The notes under the pieces: model-generated
Told to the model about the DNA's origin: nothing
Seen by the model: the letters and a program-made list of their open reading frames with translations, nothing else
Database searches by the model: none
Position numbers and translations under genes: made by a program
NCBI GenBank assembly: GCA_965279515.1
Contig: CBDIID010000003.1
Coordinates: forward strand, 1,248,001 to 1,312,000
Length of the DNA stretch: 64,000 bases
Direction of reading: 5' to 3'
From: Turneriella sp.
Lineage (GTDB): Bacteria > Spirochaetota > Leptospiria > Turneriellales > Turneriellaceae
Part shown: in pieces, positions 21,879 to 31,734 of the stretch
Layout of the letters: every line of letters starts with the position of its first letter
How positions within the stretch are numbered: the stretch's first letter is position 1

Positions 21879-24800
21879 ATGTACCGAGCAATAAAGCTGT
21901 TAATCCCGGCGCTTTTGGCCATTTTGTTTTTTGCGCACTGCAAAAAGCTGGATATTGACGCCAATTGCCTGAATTCGCTTTCTTCATGCTTCAAACCCGA
22001 CAAGACGGCGCCCCTGCTCAAGAGCTATACGCCTATCCCCAATAAAGGCAGTAACCTTGTCAGTGTGCTGACCGGCATTCAGGTCAACTTTTCCGAGGAG
22101 ATGAAGGACAGAACAAACAAGGAAAATTATAAGCTGTCAGGGCCCGGGGCAGCCGGCCTCAGCATTGAATCGATTACTGATGCGGGTGGCAGCTCTGTGA
22201 TCGTAAACCTCAAAGGCACCGTCGCCAATAACGCAATCAACCTCAGCTTTCCGGGGCTTACCGATTACGGTGGAAACACCCTTTCTGCGGGCACGCAGGC
22301 AACGCTGACCGGCAGCATCAATATCGGGATCACAACGCAGGAAGCTCCGACGATCTATTATATCAGCAATGTCGCCGGCTTCACCTCTGCGGTAATCCAT
22401 TGGTACCATGATTATGCCGACGATAACAACAATCTTTACTATGTACAACCCACCGGGTCAACCTGCGCCGATCCGCAGGTCGCATTTCCAGGCGGAGGCA
22501 CCAATATGAGCGGTGGACCGGTTACCGCGGGTGCGGCAAATGTTGTCACCACTACGATACCCATTGCGACAAACTTCACGACCGATGGCACCTACATCGT
22601 CACGATCTGTATCAAAAATTCGGGTGCGAATAAATCGGGCGAGCTGGAAATCCCGATTGTGCGAGACACTGTTGCGCCGGTCATTCAGGCAAACATTGGT
22701 TCGGGCGCCTATGGTTCTCAGCAAGATATTCTGTTTACCTGCAGCGACAACTGCGACAACCTCGCTTATATCTCTACAGGTGGTACGACAATGCCCGCGA
22801 ATCCGGCGGCGCCAACCTTCAATGCAACGGGTGGAGTAACATTAGGAACAAAGGTTACCGGACTGTTAAGAACCCCGCTCACCAGTGACCCATGGTTTTC
22901 AAAAGTGAATCTCAAGGCCTTTGATAAAGCTGGCAACCAAAGCGCCGCGACGATCTTCAGTTACCAGATTGATACGCTGTTGCCTACAACCACTTTCGCC
23001 TCACCGGCGACAACGCACGACTATGTGAGCAGTCTTGCAGGTGGCTATAACTCAACAGTACTTACCTGGAGCGCCGATAAGGGAAGCCAATACCAGATCT
23101 GTGTGGGCGATACGGGCGCCGTCGGCGTTTCTGGCTGTTCGGCAGGCCCCGCGTGCAATGGCGGGACTAATCTTTTCGGAACTGCACAGCCTTATACGCC
23201 GGGAAACTCCATCGGCACGACGATCAATGCTTCAAGTCTTACGGCAGGAGCTAACCGCGTGCACGTCTGCGTACAGAGCGGTGCTACGGTCGGCGACGCG
23301 ACCTATACACTGACGCGCGACGTTGCCGCGCCTGTTATCGCATCCACAATACCTGCCGACGTGGCGAACGGCGTCATACCCGCAACGTCAATCACAGTGA
23401 ATTTCACAGAAACAGTTGGCATCGACGTCTCCACAATTTCTGCCGCTGTTTCACCCAACCCAGGCGACCAAAATATTACAAAAGTAGCCTGCACCGGAAG
23501 TATTCAGGTCTCACTTGCCTCAGATAATTTTGGCGCTGGCACCTGTATACCGATGGTCTCAGCCACACCGGTCACTGTTTCATCCACAGTTTATAAGATT
23601 AATCCCCTCCGCCTGCTCACGCCTGGCCTCTATAAAATCCGCATCACGAACGCCATACGCGACATTGCAGGCAATCCCATTGCGGCGACTCTCACGCAAG
23701 CCACAGGATTCACCGTCACGGGTCTCTTACGCATGTTCACATTCAACAATGACGGGACGAACCTCACCGATCAGGCCAATAGCGGCCAGAACCTTACAGC
23801 GAATGGCGGGCCGCAAAAAGTCATGGGCGTCGATGGCGATACGAACGGCGCCTACCGTTTTGATGGTACAGGCAACCAATACCTGACCGGTGCGGATTCC
23901 ATGTTACCCACAGGAAATTCTCCGCGTACGATGTGTGCATGGTTGAATATTGCGGGCGGTTGCCCGGGATATTGTATCGCAACGATGTACGGTGCTGCAA
24001 ACGGGCCTTACCTGGGGGCGCACAATGGCTTGCGGGCGGCAACTGCGTATTACAATGAACCGAATCTGGATAGTAATACCAATCTGCCGCTCAATACCTG
24101 GGTCCATGTCTGTTCTGCCTACAATGGATCTCTGAATACGCTATATTTGAACGGCGTGGCCGACGGCTCGCAGAATTATGGTGCGATTGCCACAGTCGGT
24201 GGCGGAAATTTCAGAATCGGTAAACAAGCACCAGATGATGCCTTCTCTTATTTTTTTAACGGTCGTGTTGACGACGTGCGCGTTTATGCTGGCGCACTAA
24301 GCGTCGCCGAGATCCGCCAGATTGCAGTCCAGGTGCCCAACGGCCTGCTCGCCTATTATTCTTTCAGCGACGCTGCATCGGGCACGGCGAACGATTATAG
24401 CGGCAATAATCACCCGGGTGTGCGCAATGGCGCTCCCTTACCCACAATCAGTACAGATCGGTTCGGAGTTACTGGCGCTTACAGTTTTGGCGGGCCGTCA
24501 CAGTACATCTCCGCCCAGGATACGAACCTGCCGCAGGGCACTGCCCCACGCACCGTGTGCTCGTGGATGCGCCCTACAGCACTGCCAGGTTCCGGACAAT
24601 TCCGCATCGCCATGCGCTATGGACAACCGCTTGCGGGCCAGTCAAACTACATTGGCCTCTACAACGATGGTGTTCAACAAACTGTCATTTTCAGCGGCTG
24701 GACCGATCATCTCACCAGCCCCTACACGGCAGCCACAAATACGTGGATGCATCTCTGCGGCACCTACGATGGCACCACTGCTAGACTTTATTTAAATGGT

Positions 24801-25592
24801 GGGCTGGTGGCTTCAGCAGCAAAGGCATGGAATACGACGCTGATGGGCAATAACGGTATCATCATCGGTCAGGGCGATCTGACCGGAACATTCCCGTTCC
24901 AGGGCGCCGTCGACGATGTGCGGATTTACAACCGCGTGCTGACGGATAATGAAATCCTGGTATTGTCGTCGCAGTTGGGTGTCGGATTGCTCCGCCAGTA
25001 TAGCTTCGCGAATGGCGGCTTAGCCGATGATGCCGGGTCGGGAAATTCGCTGACGGCAAGCGGATCGCCCGCGCAGGTAAATGGCGTTGACGGGGCCGCC
25101 AACGGAGCCTACTCTTTCTCGGGGGCAGACCAGTTTTCTGCCAACGATGCCGGTCTGCCCGCCGGAGGTGCAGCCCGGACAATGTGCTCTTGGGTATACG
25201 TGACAACCGCGAATACGGACTCTTTTGCGATAAGCTACGGCGCGGCACAAACGACAAGCCAGGGCAGCTTTTTGTACGTCGACAGCAGTAACCAGGCCGG
25301 ATTCGGTAGTTACTCCACCAATTTGCAATCCACCTATGTTGTACCGGTTTCAGCATGGCATCATCTCTGCGCGACGTTGGATTCGACGGGCAATGGAAGG
25401 GTGTATATTGATGGCAATCTTGCCCCTGGTGGCGGACCGACGCCCGTAACCTTTTCCACGGTTTTGAGCGGCAATTTGGCCATCGCTGCCCGTTCTGATA
25501 ATGCCTTCCGGTGGAGAGGCAGTTTAGACAGCGTTCGCATCTATAATCGTGCGCTTGAGGCGCCAGAAATTCTGCAGCTGCAGGGCTATTGA
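21879..25592 (+). CDS. large surface lipoprotein with Ig-like (Big) domains and three LamG/ConA-like domains
   Basis: Spirochaetal lipobox-like FFAHC; VNFSEEM and VNFTE Ig-like motifs; three repeats ending in G.(V/L)D(D/S)VR(V/I)Y, each with RT.C.W and W.H.C.. Confidence 0.8.
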   Translation: MYRAIKLLIPALLAILFFAHCKKLDIDANCLNSLSSCFKPDKTAPLLKSYTPIPNKGSNLVSVLTGIQVNFSEEMKDRTNKENYKLSGPGAAGLSIESITDAGGSSVIVNLKGTVANNAINLSFPGLTDYGGNTLSAGTQATLTGSINIGITTQEAPTIYYISNVAGFTSAVIHWYHDYADDNNNLYYVQPTGSTCADPQVAFPGGGTNMSGGPVTAGAANVVTTTIPIATNFTTDGTYIVTICIKNSGANKSGELEIPIVRDTVAPVIQANIGSGAYGSQQDILFTCSDNCDNLAYISTGGTTMPANPAAPTFNATGGVTLGTKVTGLLRTPLTSDPWFSKVNLKAFDKAGNQSAATIFSYQIDTLLPTTTFASPATTHDYVSSLAGGYNSTVLTWSADKGSQYQICVGDTGAVGVSGCSAGPACNGGTNLFGTAQPYTPGNSIGTTINASSLTAGANRVHVCVQSGATVGDATYTLTRDVAAPVIASTIPADVANGVIPATSITVNFTETVGIDVSTISAAVSPNPGDQNITKVACTGSIQVSLASDNFGAGTCIPMVSATPVTVSSTVYKINPLRLLTPGLYKIRITNAIRDIAGNPIAATLTQATGFTVTGLLRMFTFNNDGTNLTDQANSGQNLTANGGPQKVMGVDGDTNGAYRFDGTGNQYLTGADSMLPTGNSPRTMCAWLNIAGGCPGYCIATMYGAANGPYLGAHNGLRAATAYYNEPNLDSNTNLPLNTWVHVCSAYNGSLNTLYLNGVADGSQNYGAIATVGGGNFRIGKQAPDDAFSYFFNGRVDDVRVYAGALSVAEIRQIAVQVPNGLLAYYSFSDAASGTANDYSGNNHPGVRNGAPLPTISTDRFGVTGAYSFGGPSQYISAQDTNLPQGTAPRTVCSWMRPTALPGSGQFRIAMRYGQPLAGQSNYIGLYNDGVQQTVIFSGWTDHLTSPYTAATNTWMHLCGTYDGTTARLYLNGGLVASAAKAWNTTLMGNNGIIIGQGDLTGTFPFQGAVDDVRIYNRVLTDNEILVLSSQLGVGLLRQYSFANGGLADDAGSGNSLTASGSPAQVNGVDGAANGAYSFSGADQFSANDAGLPAGGAARTMCSWVYVTTANTDSFAISYGAAQTTSQGSFLYVDSSNQAGFGSYSTNLQSTYVVPVSAWHHLCATLDSTGNGRVYIDGNLAPGGGPTPVTFSTVLSGNLAIAARSDNAFRWRGSLDSVRIYNRALEAPEILQLQGY

Positions 25593-25738
25593 CCCTGCGG
25601 CGATTCTGCACCAACAATAAGCGCGGACAGCCCGCGATGTGATCTAGGCTTTAAAACATGAACAAGTAGTCACTTTTGCGCTTTACAGGATATAAAGATC
25701 TTTTTATTGTACACTATCCTTTTTTTCGGAGGCAATAA

Positions 25739-27217
25739 ATGGCAACAAATACAATCCAACCCGACACGCTCATCGCCATCATCGGCGCGGGGTTTAGCGG
25801 CCTCGGCATGGGTATTCGCCTGCGCCAGGCGGGCATCGAAGATTTTCTGATCGTCGAAGCGGCCCCCGAAGTCGGCGGCACCTGGCGTGACAGCAAGTAC
25901 CCCGGGGCAGCGGTCGATGTTCCGAACCACTTATACTCCTACTCCTTTGAGCAGAGCCCCGACTGGACGCGCATGTTCGCCAAGGCCGATGAGATCCAGA
26001 ACTATATCGTTCATACGGCGGATAAATACCGTATGCGGGAAAAAATCCGCTTTAATACCAAAGTGACCGCCGCGCGCTTTGATGAAAAAAGCGGGCTTTG
26101 GCTTATCGGGACAGCGGGCGGCGATACCTTGCGCGCACGGTTTGTCGTCGGTGCCATGGGCCCCTTCGCGGCATCGCGGATTCCTGACATTGAAGGAATC
26201 AAGAAATTCAAAGGTGAGATGGCGCACACCGCGGCATGGCCGAAAGGACTGAGCCTCAAGGGAAAACGTGTGGCTGTCGTTGGCAGCGGTGCGAGCGCGA
26301 TTCAGGTTGTGCCGGCGATCCAGGGCGAAGTCGCACACCTCACCGTCTTCCAGCGCACACCTTCGTGGATCGTGCCCAAGACCGACTATGTCTACAGCGA
26401 ACTCGAGAAAGCCATGTACCGTAATTTTCCGATCACGCAGAAGATCAGGCGCACGATTATCTTTGGCCTCACGGAAATTCTCGCGACGGCGATTGTCTGG
26501 GATACGCCCGTGACATCGTTAATGGAATCCCTCTGCCGGCGCCAGATCGAAAATGCGATTGCGGATGCTGAACTGCGCCGCAAGGTTACGCCGACGTACC
26601 GTCTGGGTAAAACGCGGATGCTGATCTCCAATGACTGGTACCCTGCGCTTGCACAACCGAATGTCGAACTGGTCGATCATGGCGTCGAGGCCATTACGGA
26701 AAACGGCATCATCGCCCATGGCAAAGAATATCCGGCCGATGTCATCGTCTGGGCGACGGGGTACAAATCGCCGTCCGAAGGGTTCCCGTTTCCGCTCGTC
26801 GGTGCGCATGACCGCGACCTCAATACCTACTGGTCACACGGCGCCGTCGGTTATAAGGGTGTCGCCATAGCGGGATTTCCCAACCTCTTCACGCTCATGG
26901 GTCCGAACACGGGCCCCGGACACACTTCGGTGCTGGTCTATGTTGAGGCTCAGCAGGAATATATTGTTCAGGCTATTCGGACCTGCATGAAAAATAATAT
27001 CAAGAGCATCAGCGTGCGCGAAGACAGGCAGGAAGCCTTCAACGCCGATCTCGATAAAAAAATGCGCCGCACCACCTGGGGTGAGGGCGGCAAAAGCTGG
27101 TACTACACCAAAGACGGCCGCAATACGACGCTCTATCCGGGGTTTGCCTCAGAGTATGTCCTGAGCATGCGTAAATTTGAGCTGGGCGATTACAGCACAA
27201 AAGGGTGGTTCTTTTAG
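25739..27217 (+). CDS. flavin-containing monooxygenase, type I Baeyer-Villiger family
   Basis: GAGFSG and GSGASA Rossmann motifs, GGTW..YPG, BVMO fingerprint FKGEMAHTAAWP, WATGY. Confidence 0.92.
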   Translation: MATNTIQPDTLIAIIGAGFSGLGMGIRLRQAGIEDFLIVEAAPEVGGTWRDSKYPGAAVDVPNHLYSYSFEQSPDWTRMFAKADEIQNYIVHTADKYRMREKIRFNTKVTAARFDEKSGLWLIGTAGGDTLRARFVVGAMGPFAASRIPDIEGIKKFKGEMAHTAAWPKGLSLKGKRVAVVGSGASAIQVVPAIQGEVAHLTVFQRTPSWIVPKTDYVYSELEKAMYRNFPITQKIRRTIIFGLTEILATAIVWDTPVTSLMESLCRRQIENAIADAELRRKVTPTYRLGKTRMLISNDWYPALAQPNVELVDHGVEAITENGIIAHGKEYPADVIVWATGYKSPSEGFPFPLVGAHDRDLNTYWSHGAVGYKGVAIAGFPNLFTLMGPNTGPGHTSVLVYVEAQQEYIVQAIRTCMKNNIKSISVREDRQEAFNADLDKKMRRTTWGEGGKSWYYTKDGRNTTLYPGFASEYVLSMRKFELGDYSTKGWFF

Positions 27218-27254
27218 GTTACGTAAGCTCTGAAAAGACAAAATTAGGAGCGCT

Positions 27255-27283
27255 TGCGCGGCCGTGGCCGCGCATGACTTTTT
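27255..27283 (+). terminator. probable intrinsic terminator between convergent genes
   Basis: tgcgcggc-cgtg-gccgcgca stem followed by tgacttttt, 38 nt after the BVMO stop. Confidence 0.5.
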
Positions 27284-27298
27284 CAGAACTGAGCTACC

Positions 27299-27835
27299 TC
27301 AATTTCGGGCGTACAGGCTTCTTACCGCTTTAACCGCAGGCAAATCGAATGTCGCGGTGGCTGCCTCTGCTCCCAGATAAACGCGGATACCCATGGAATC
27401 TGTTTTCCGAAGCTGCTGCTGCATTTCCTCCGACGGGAAAAAAGTGCAGGAAGCGATCCGGTAAGCAGGTTCCGTTTTATTCTCCAGTCTCCAGCGGACG
27501 TGGTTCATCGGCATAGGCTTATCGTTGACGAGAACGATCATCTTATCGCCAATCTGCGGATCGTCGTTGAAAAACTGTATTTCCACATTGATCTCATCCG
27601 CTGTTATTTTGCCTTCCTCTACTTTGCGAAAATAATCCACGCGCAGCTTTCTCTGGCCTTTGCTGAAATTCGAAAGCAGGTCGCCCGGGCCTTCGAGCCG
27701 GTGCTCGGTGACCAGCGAATACCTGTCGACCCTGAGGTATTTGTCGCTATCGACACGGACGTTATTCTGCGGCCCTGAGCAGAGTAGCGCACCGCACAAA
27801 GGCGGAATCAAAAGGAAAAATGAAAGGTTTCTCAT
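27299..27835 (-). CDS. hypothetical exported protein or lipoprotein
   Basis: 178 aa; GAGGAG RBS upstream; hydrophobic N-terminus with Cys (LLCS). Confidence 0.6.
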   Translation of the reverse strand: MRNLSFFLLIPPLCGALLCSGPQNNVRVDSDKYLRVDRYSLVTEHRLEGPGDLLSNFSKGQRKLRVDYFRKVEEGKITADEINVEIQFFNDDPQIGDKMIVLVNDKPMPMNHVRWRLENKTEPAYRIASCTFFPSEEMQQQLRKTDSMGIRVYLGAEAATATFDLPAVKAVRSLYARN

Positions 27836-27946
27836 ATAGCCTCCTCACCGCGATAGATGGCACCATAGCGGTCTTACTGCCCTAAAGTACAACAGGGTGC
27901 CCGATTTTTCACTCCCCCTTTTGGTCTAAATGGCCGAAAAACGGGT

Positions 27947-28747
27947 ATGGTACGCTCTCTCTGGACTTCTGCTACGGGTATGATCGCGCAGCAGTTCCAT
28001 ATGGATACAATTTCGCATAACCTTTCGAACGTGAATACGACAGGTTATAAGAAGAACCGTGTCGACTTCGAAGACCTGCTTTACCAACACCAGGTTTTAG
28101 CCGGCACCCCTTCGACTTCGGTGTCTGAAATTCCCGTCGGCGTCAATGTCGGCGTGGGAGTGCGCCCCGCGGCGACGCAAAAGTTATTTCAGATGGGATC
28201 GCTCCAGTCGACGGGCCATAAGCTCGATATGGCGATCAGCTCAGACGTGGGCTTTTTTAAGATTCTCATGCCCGATGGCACTTTTGGCTACCAGCGTAAC
28301 GGTGATTTCAAAATCGATTCGCGCCGCCAGGTACTGCAATCTGACGGCTACACACTCGAGCCGCCCCTTGTTATTCCGCCCGATGGCCTCATCGAAACCC
28401 TGACCATCAACGAACAGGGTGAGGTGCGCATCCAGATCGGCGACGACCAGATTCCCCGCCAGATCGGCCAGGTCGAACTCTATCGTTTTGTGAACCCCGC
28501 TGGCCTCAAGGCCATCGGTAAGAACCTCTACAAGGAATCACCCGCGTCGGGCGCTGAAATTCCCGGCACACCGGGCCTCGGCGGCTTCGGCGGTATTCTG
28601 CAGGGCTTTCTCGAAATGTCGAACGTGAACCTAGCTGAAGAGATGGTCAACATGATCGTCGCCCAACGCGCCTATGAAGCCAACTCGAAATCCATCCAGA
28701 CTTCAGACAGCATGCTGTCGACAGCGATACAACTCAAGCGCGGTTAA
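27947..28747 (+). CDS. flgG: flagellar basal-body distal rod protein FlgG
   Basis: ISHNLSNVNTTGYKK, FEDLLYQ, QGFLEMSNVNLAEEMVNMIVAQRAYEANSK. Confidence 0.96.
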   Translation: MVRSLWTSATGMIAQQFHMDTISHNLSNVNTTGYKKNRVDFEDLLYQHQVLAGTPSTSVSEIPVGVNVGVGVRPAATQKLFQMGSLQSTGHKLDMAISSDVGFFKILMPDGTFGYQRNGDFKIDSRRQVLQSDGYTLEPPLVIPPDGLIETLTINEQGEVRIQIGDDQIPRQIGQVELYRFVNPAGLKAIGKNLYKESPASGAEIPGTPGLGGFGGILQGFLEMSNVNLAEEMVNMIVAQRAYEANSKSIQTSDSMLSTAIQLKRG

Positions 28748-28761
28748 TTTTTGGGGATTGA

Positions 28762-29367
28762 TTGAAGCAGGGAATTAAAAACCACGGAGGACATGGAGAG
28801 TACGGAGGTCGCGCTTTCCGATGCTCCTCTTACCTCTGCGTCCTCTGCGTCCTCTGCGGTTCATCTTCCCTATTCTCCGCTTCCGGGCTCTCGTTCTCTT
28901 TAAAGCGGGATTTCTCGTCGGGTAAGAAAAATATCTGCCTGAATGAAATCATTAGCGCGGAAACCATGGCGCCACGCGAAGCAGAAAAACTCTCGCGTTA
29001 CTGCCAGATTGAACTCAAAAATGCGCGCACGACGCTCAGCGCCAAAGAAATCGAGTTGCATGCCTGGGCGGCAGGTGTGATTCCGGAAAAAATTTCAGGC
29101 TCGCAGATCGTCATCACGAAGTCGGCGACAATCGAACCCGAAAATAAGGCCGCCGTCGATTCGACGCAAAAAGTCCGGCGTGGCAGCGTTCGTCGCGGCA
29201 ACCCCATAAAACTTATACTCAAGAGTGAAAACATGCAAATCGCGCGCGAAGCCGTTGTACTCATGGATGCCTTCCCGGGTGAGACGGTCGACGTGCGCCC
29301 GCACGGAACGCGCAAAACGCTTCGGGCAAAGCTCGTCGACTCGACAACAGCGGAGATGATGCCATGA
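28762..29367 (+). CDS. flgA: FlgA-like P-ring formation chaperone (start uncertain)
   Basis: C-terminal VRRGNPIKL...A...GETVDVR...KTLRAKLV resembles FlgA; lies between flgG and flgH/flgI. Confidence 0.7.
   Translation: MKQGIKNHGGHGEYGGRAFRCSSYLCVLCVLCGSSSLFSASGLSFSLKRDFSSGKKNICLNEIISAETMAPREAEKLSRYCQIELKNARTTLSAKEIELHAWAAGVIPEKISGSQIVITKSATIEPENKAAVDSTQKVRRGSVRRGNPIKLILKSENMQIAREAVVLMDAFPGETVDVRPHGTRKTLRAKLVDSTTAEMMP
28780..28861. repeat. interspersed palindromic element with 9-bp periodicity (REP-like), inside the flgA 5' region
   Basis: aaccacggaggacatggagagtacggagg ... ctctgcgtcctctgcgtcctctgcggtt form imperfect inverted arms; related copy at 56517-56599. Confidence 0.7.
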
Positions 29368-30014
29368 AACATGGTCTTCGTTTATCGTGGTTACTGGCGG
29401 CGATGACCTGCGCCGCGCTCTTTGCCCAGGAGTCCCTGTGGAAAGACCAGAACCCCTATGTGGCTCCACCGAAAGAGGGCGAGATCATCGCCATCGAAGT
29501 CAACGAAAGCTTCAATATCGTCAGCGACGGCCAGTGGAAATCTTCGCAGAGTTTCGAGATGAAACTCGTGCCCGATACGAAGAACATCCCGTTTCTGACG
29601 AGCTCGCAGCAGAATAAATCACGCAGCAAAAGTTCGCAGTCAAACAACAAGACGCGTGACACGTATAAATTTCACCTGACAGGCATCTTGGGCCCCAAAC
29701 AGGCCGACGGTAATTTTCCCCTGACCGCGCAGAAGAGCCTCAACGTCGACGGCAAACCCGTAAACGTGCGCCTGACCGGCATTGTCGATGCCCGGCGCAT
29801 TCGCCAGGGTTCGATCGAGTCGCGTTTTGTGGGCAATCTCTCGCTCAACATTCAATCCGAACCGCCCTTCCCCAAAGACGAAAAACTCAACCTGAAACCA
29901 CCGGCGGGCACAGACCCGAATTCGAAGCCAACGATGACTGAATTCAGCGACCAGCTGCGCAAAGAACTGCTCATCGAGCATATGAAACAGATTCTGGGCG
30001 GGATGAACCAGTGA
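29364..30014 (+). CDS. flgH: FlgH-like flagellar L-ring protein
   Basis: SLW...GEIIAIEVNES; VRLTGIVDARRI; ATGA/GTGA coupling between flgA and flgI. Confidence 0.75.
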   Translation: MKHGLRLSWLLAAMTCAALFAQESLWKDQNPYVAPPKEGEIIAIEVNESFNIVSDGQWKSSQSFEMKLVPDTKNIPFLTSSQQNKSRSKSSQSNNKTRDTYKFHLTGILGPKQADGNFPLTAQKSLNVDGKPVNVRLTGIVDARRIRQGSIESRFVGNLSLNIQSEPPFPKDEKLNLKPPAGTDPNSKPTMTEFSDQLRKELLIEHMKQILGGMNQ

Positions 30015-31210
30015 GAGCGCACTCTTCTCGCCCCACCCCCGCCTACGGCACCCCCTCCCCAAATTTGGGGAGGGGGCTGGGGGGAGGGGCGTCATCGCTC
30101 TTGCGACGGATATTTGAATACATTCCGGTGGTGCTGACAATACTCTGGCTATTACTACCCCTCGAGGCGCTGAACCTGACGGTGCGCGACATCGCTCGCA
30201 TCAGCTGGCACCGCGAGAACCAGATCTCGGGTTATGGCGTTGTCATTGGCCTGAATGGCAGCGGCGACTCGCGCTCTGAACTTGCGCTCGAAACGTTAAA
30301 GAAGAATCTCTACAACCGCGGCATTGACCTGGGCGAGAAGACACTCCAGGCAAAAAATATCGCAGCGGTCATGGTCACCGCATCGCTGCCCACGCATGCG
30401 CGCCCCGGCGACCCCGTCGATGTCTGGGTTTCGTCGATTGGCGATGCACGCGCTATCAATGGCGGCTTTCTTTTGCAGACGGCGCTCACCGGCGCCGACG
30501 GGCAGATCTATGCCGCTGCGCAGGGCCCCGTAGCCGCGCCCCTGCCCCGACCGACCGAAGTCAGCAATCTTCAGCTGTATAACTTCTCTGTCTACAACCG
30601 GCGCATTCCTCCCAATGACCGGCTGACACAGGAGCGCCACAACTCGGCGCACATACCCGGCGGCGGCATCATCGAAAAGGCTGTGTCTCAGCCAACGGTG
30701 AAAATCGACGATACGAAAAAGACCAAGGCGTCGCAGCTCTCCCTGCACTATTTTGACTTCATGACAGCGCGCAATACCGTGAGCGCGATCAACAAAAAAC
30801 TGCCGAATACAGCCAGCCTTGCCAATGATGGCACCATCGCACTCAATATTCCGTACGCGTCAGATCACGTCGATTATCTCAGCAAAATACTCGCTATCAA
30901 AGTTGATGTGCCTGAGCGCACGAAGATCGTGCTCGATACGCGCACCGGCACGATTGTCTCCGGTGGCAGCGTGGCGATTTCGCAGGTGATGGTCACGCAT
31001 AACGGCATGCAGATCGAGGTTTCGAATAAAAAACAATATACCTATGGCGAAGAAAAGTCACCCGCGAATGCCGTGCTCGGCGAAGGCGCGACAGTCAAAG
31101 AACTCGTCGACAATCTCAACAAGCTGGGATTGACCTCGGCGGAAATCATCGACGTCATCAAGGCCATTCATGCAGCCGGCGCGCTGCACGGGGAACTGAC
31201 TGTATTATGA
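30011..31210 (+). CDS. flgI: flagellar P-ring protein FlgI (start may be TTG 30101)
   Basis: RENQISGYGVVIGLNGSGD, KNIAAVMVTASLP, SSIGDA, GGFLLQT, RTGTIV, AAGALHGEL. Confidence 0.93.
   Translation: MRAHSSRPTPAYGTPSPNLGRGLGGGASSLLRRIFEYIPVVLTILWLLLPLEALNLTVRDIARISWHRENQISGYGVVIGLNGSGDSRSELALETLKKNLYNRGIDLGEKTLQAKNIAAVMVTASLPTHARPGDPVDVWVSSIGDARAINGGFLLQTALTGADGQIYAAAQGPVAAPLPRPTEVSNLQLYNFSVYNRRIPPNDRLTQERHNSAHIPGGGIIEKAVSQPTVKIDDTKKTKASQLSLHYFDFMTARNTVSAINKKLPNTASLANDGTIALNIPYASDHVDYLSKILAIKVDVPERTKIVLDTRTGTIVSGGSVAISQVMVTHNGMQIEVSNKKQYTYGEEKSPANAVLGEGATVKELVDNLNKLGLTSAEIIDVIKAIHAAGALHGELTVL
30029..30091. repeat. G/C-rich nested palindromic element at the flgH/flgI junction
   Basis: Perfect 26-bp palindrome ccccctccccaaatttggggaggggg (30051-30076) inside outer arms cgccccacccccg / ggggggaggggcg. 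Confidence 0.8.
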
Positions 31211-31241
31211 AAGGTTATCGAGTAGCGGAGCGTATCGAGAT

Positions 31242-31733
31242 ATGAATATAAACGCCATCGACCCATTACTTTTACCGCAGCGCGACCAAGGGCGCACGGA
31301 TGCGCTCAGGCAGGCGCTGCCAGGGACGGCATCTGAGCGCATGCGCCCGCGGGCGCAAAAGGCGGATAAACAATCTACAGAATCTTTTTCACAGATGCTG
31401 AACAACCTCGTACCGAAACAGCTCAACCCCAAAACATCGTCCGATGTTTTTAGCCGCACGCCGGCGCGCGAAAAAATTATCGAGCATGTCGGCGATAATC
31501 CCGAGCGCAAGCAGATGTTCGAAGCCGCGCGCCAGTTCGAAAACTTCTTTCTCGAAAAAATGTTCCGCGAGATGAAAAAGAACATGGGTAAGGACGATAT
31601 TATCCACGGCGGCTCGGCCGAAGACATCTTCCAGGACATGCTGTTAACGGAGCGGGTGAATAAACTCACGCAGGGCTCAACGCTCGGCCTTGCCGAGCAG
31701 ATCTACACCCAGATGCAGCGGCCCGTCAAGTGA
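31242..31733 (+). CDS. flgJ: FlgJ rod-binding protein (no muramidase domain)
   Basis: EAARQFENFFLEKMFREMKK...EDIFQDML...LGLAEQIYTQM. Confidence 0.85.
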   Translation: MNINAIDPLLLPQRDQGRTDALRQALPGTASERMRPRAQKADKQSTESFSQMLNNLVPKQLNPKTSSDVFSRTPAREKIIEHVGDNPERKQMFEAARQFENFFLEKMFREMKKNMGKDDIIHGGSAEDIFQDMLLTERVNKLTQGSTLGLAEQIYTQMQRPVK

Positions 31734-31734
31734 G

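Noticed and set aside
27880..27940. Sigma-28 promoter for flgG
   Set aside because: TAAA and CCGAT-like boxes are present but the spacing is about 2 nt short of consensus.
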